From positions 16,988,001 to 17,052,000 of the forward strand of contig CM022665.1 in the NCBI GenBank assembly GCA_012295275.1: a stretch of DNA of 64,000 nt, given 5' to 3'. The notes below the pieces were generated by a model. The model was not told where the DNA came from. It saw nothing but the letters and a program-made list of their open reading frames with translations, and ran no database searches. Shown piece after piece: positions 63,440 to 64,000 of the stretch; the stretch's first letter is position 1, and each line of letters opens with the position of its first letter. This DNA comes from Chrysomallon squamiferum (taxonomy: Eukaryota; Animalia; Mollusca). Made by a program: the position numbers and the translations under genes.

Positions 63440-64000
63440 ATTATTATTATTATGATTTGCATTTCTAGACAAAAATGTGTGTAGTCTGTAAAAATCATAT
63501 TACAGTCGAGAAATTTTAAAGATGTATTTTAACAAGATGTGTGGGTTTTTTAAAACAAAATTTACCAAATGTTAAAGGTGTACTACCTGTGGTGGATGTA
63601 AGAAATACCTTAATAAACAGAAATAAGTTATTATAATTCCAAGTGTTTTTTTTTTTTGTTTTTTATACTTAAACTTGACATAAATCTTTTCTAACAATAA
63701 AGTTATAGACAGTTCATTCATTTATTATCGGTAACACACATTTCATGCCGGGACGCTGATTTTAGAATTGGACAAAATTCATTTTCGTTTAAGCATCAAC
63801 TATTTAATGACATATACAGAGTATCAGTATGGCTTTATGCCTGTGCGCGAGTCACGTTTGACATGATTAAAAATACAGAACGGTCCGTTTACTCTTGAGA
63901 AATCTCAGTATTCTCCGTAGTGAGGAAAGAAAAGAAAAGAAAGGTATATTACTACGAAAAAAACTTCTTTTTTTTAAATTTTAAACGTTTTCTTTTTTTA

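Overview
AT-rich, microsatellite-rich animal genomic DNA, probably a gastropod mollusc (inferred from repeat families recalled from memory, not verified). I assembled two complete minus-strand protein-coding genes by hand, with GT-AG introns and consistent phases: a 9-exon arginase (CDS 16870->8345, 328 aa, all Mn ligands intact) and a 34-exon NUP133 (CDS 53622->27158, 1135 aa). The window also holds a Tigger/Jerky-type transposon remnant, several MITE and SINE remnants, and tandem repeats. Most notable: (1) a 72-nt HDV-like double-pseudoknot ribozyme candidate in the sense strand of arginase intron 4 (10437-10508), fused to a (GA)68 tract; (2) two upstream in-frame exon candidates for arginase, one encoding a presequence-like N-terminus; (3) a phase-compatible splice path that could join NUP133 to arginase. 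Nearly all other short ORFs in the track are low-complexity noise.
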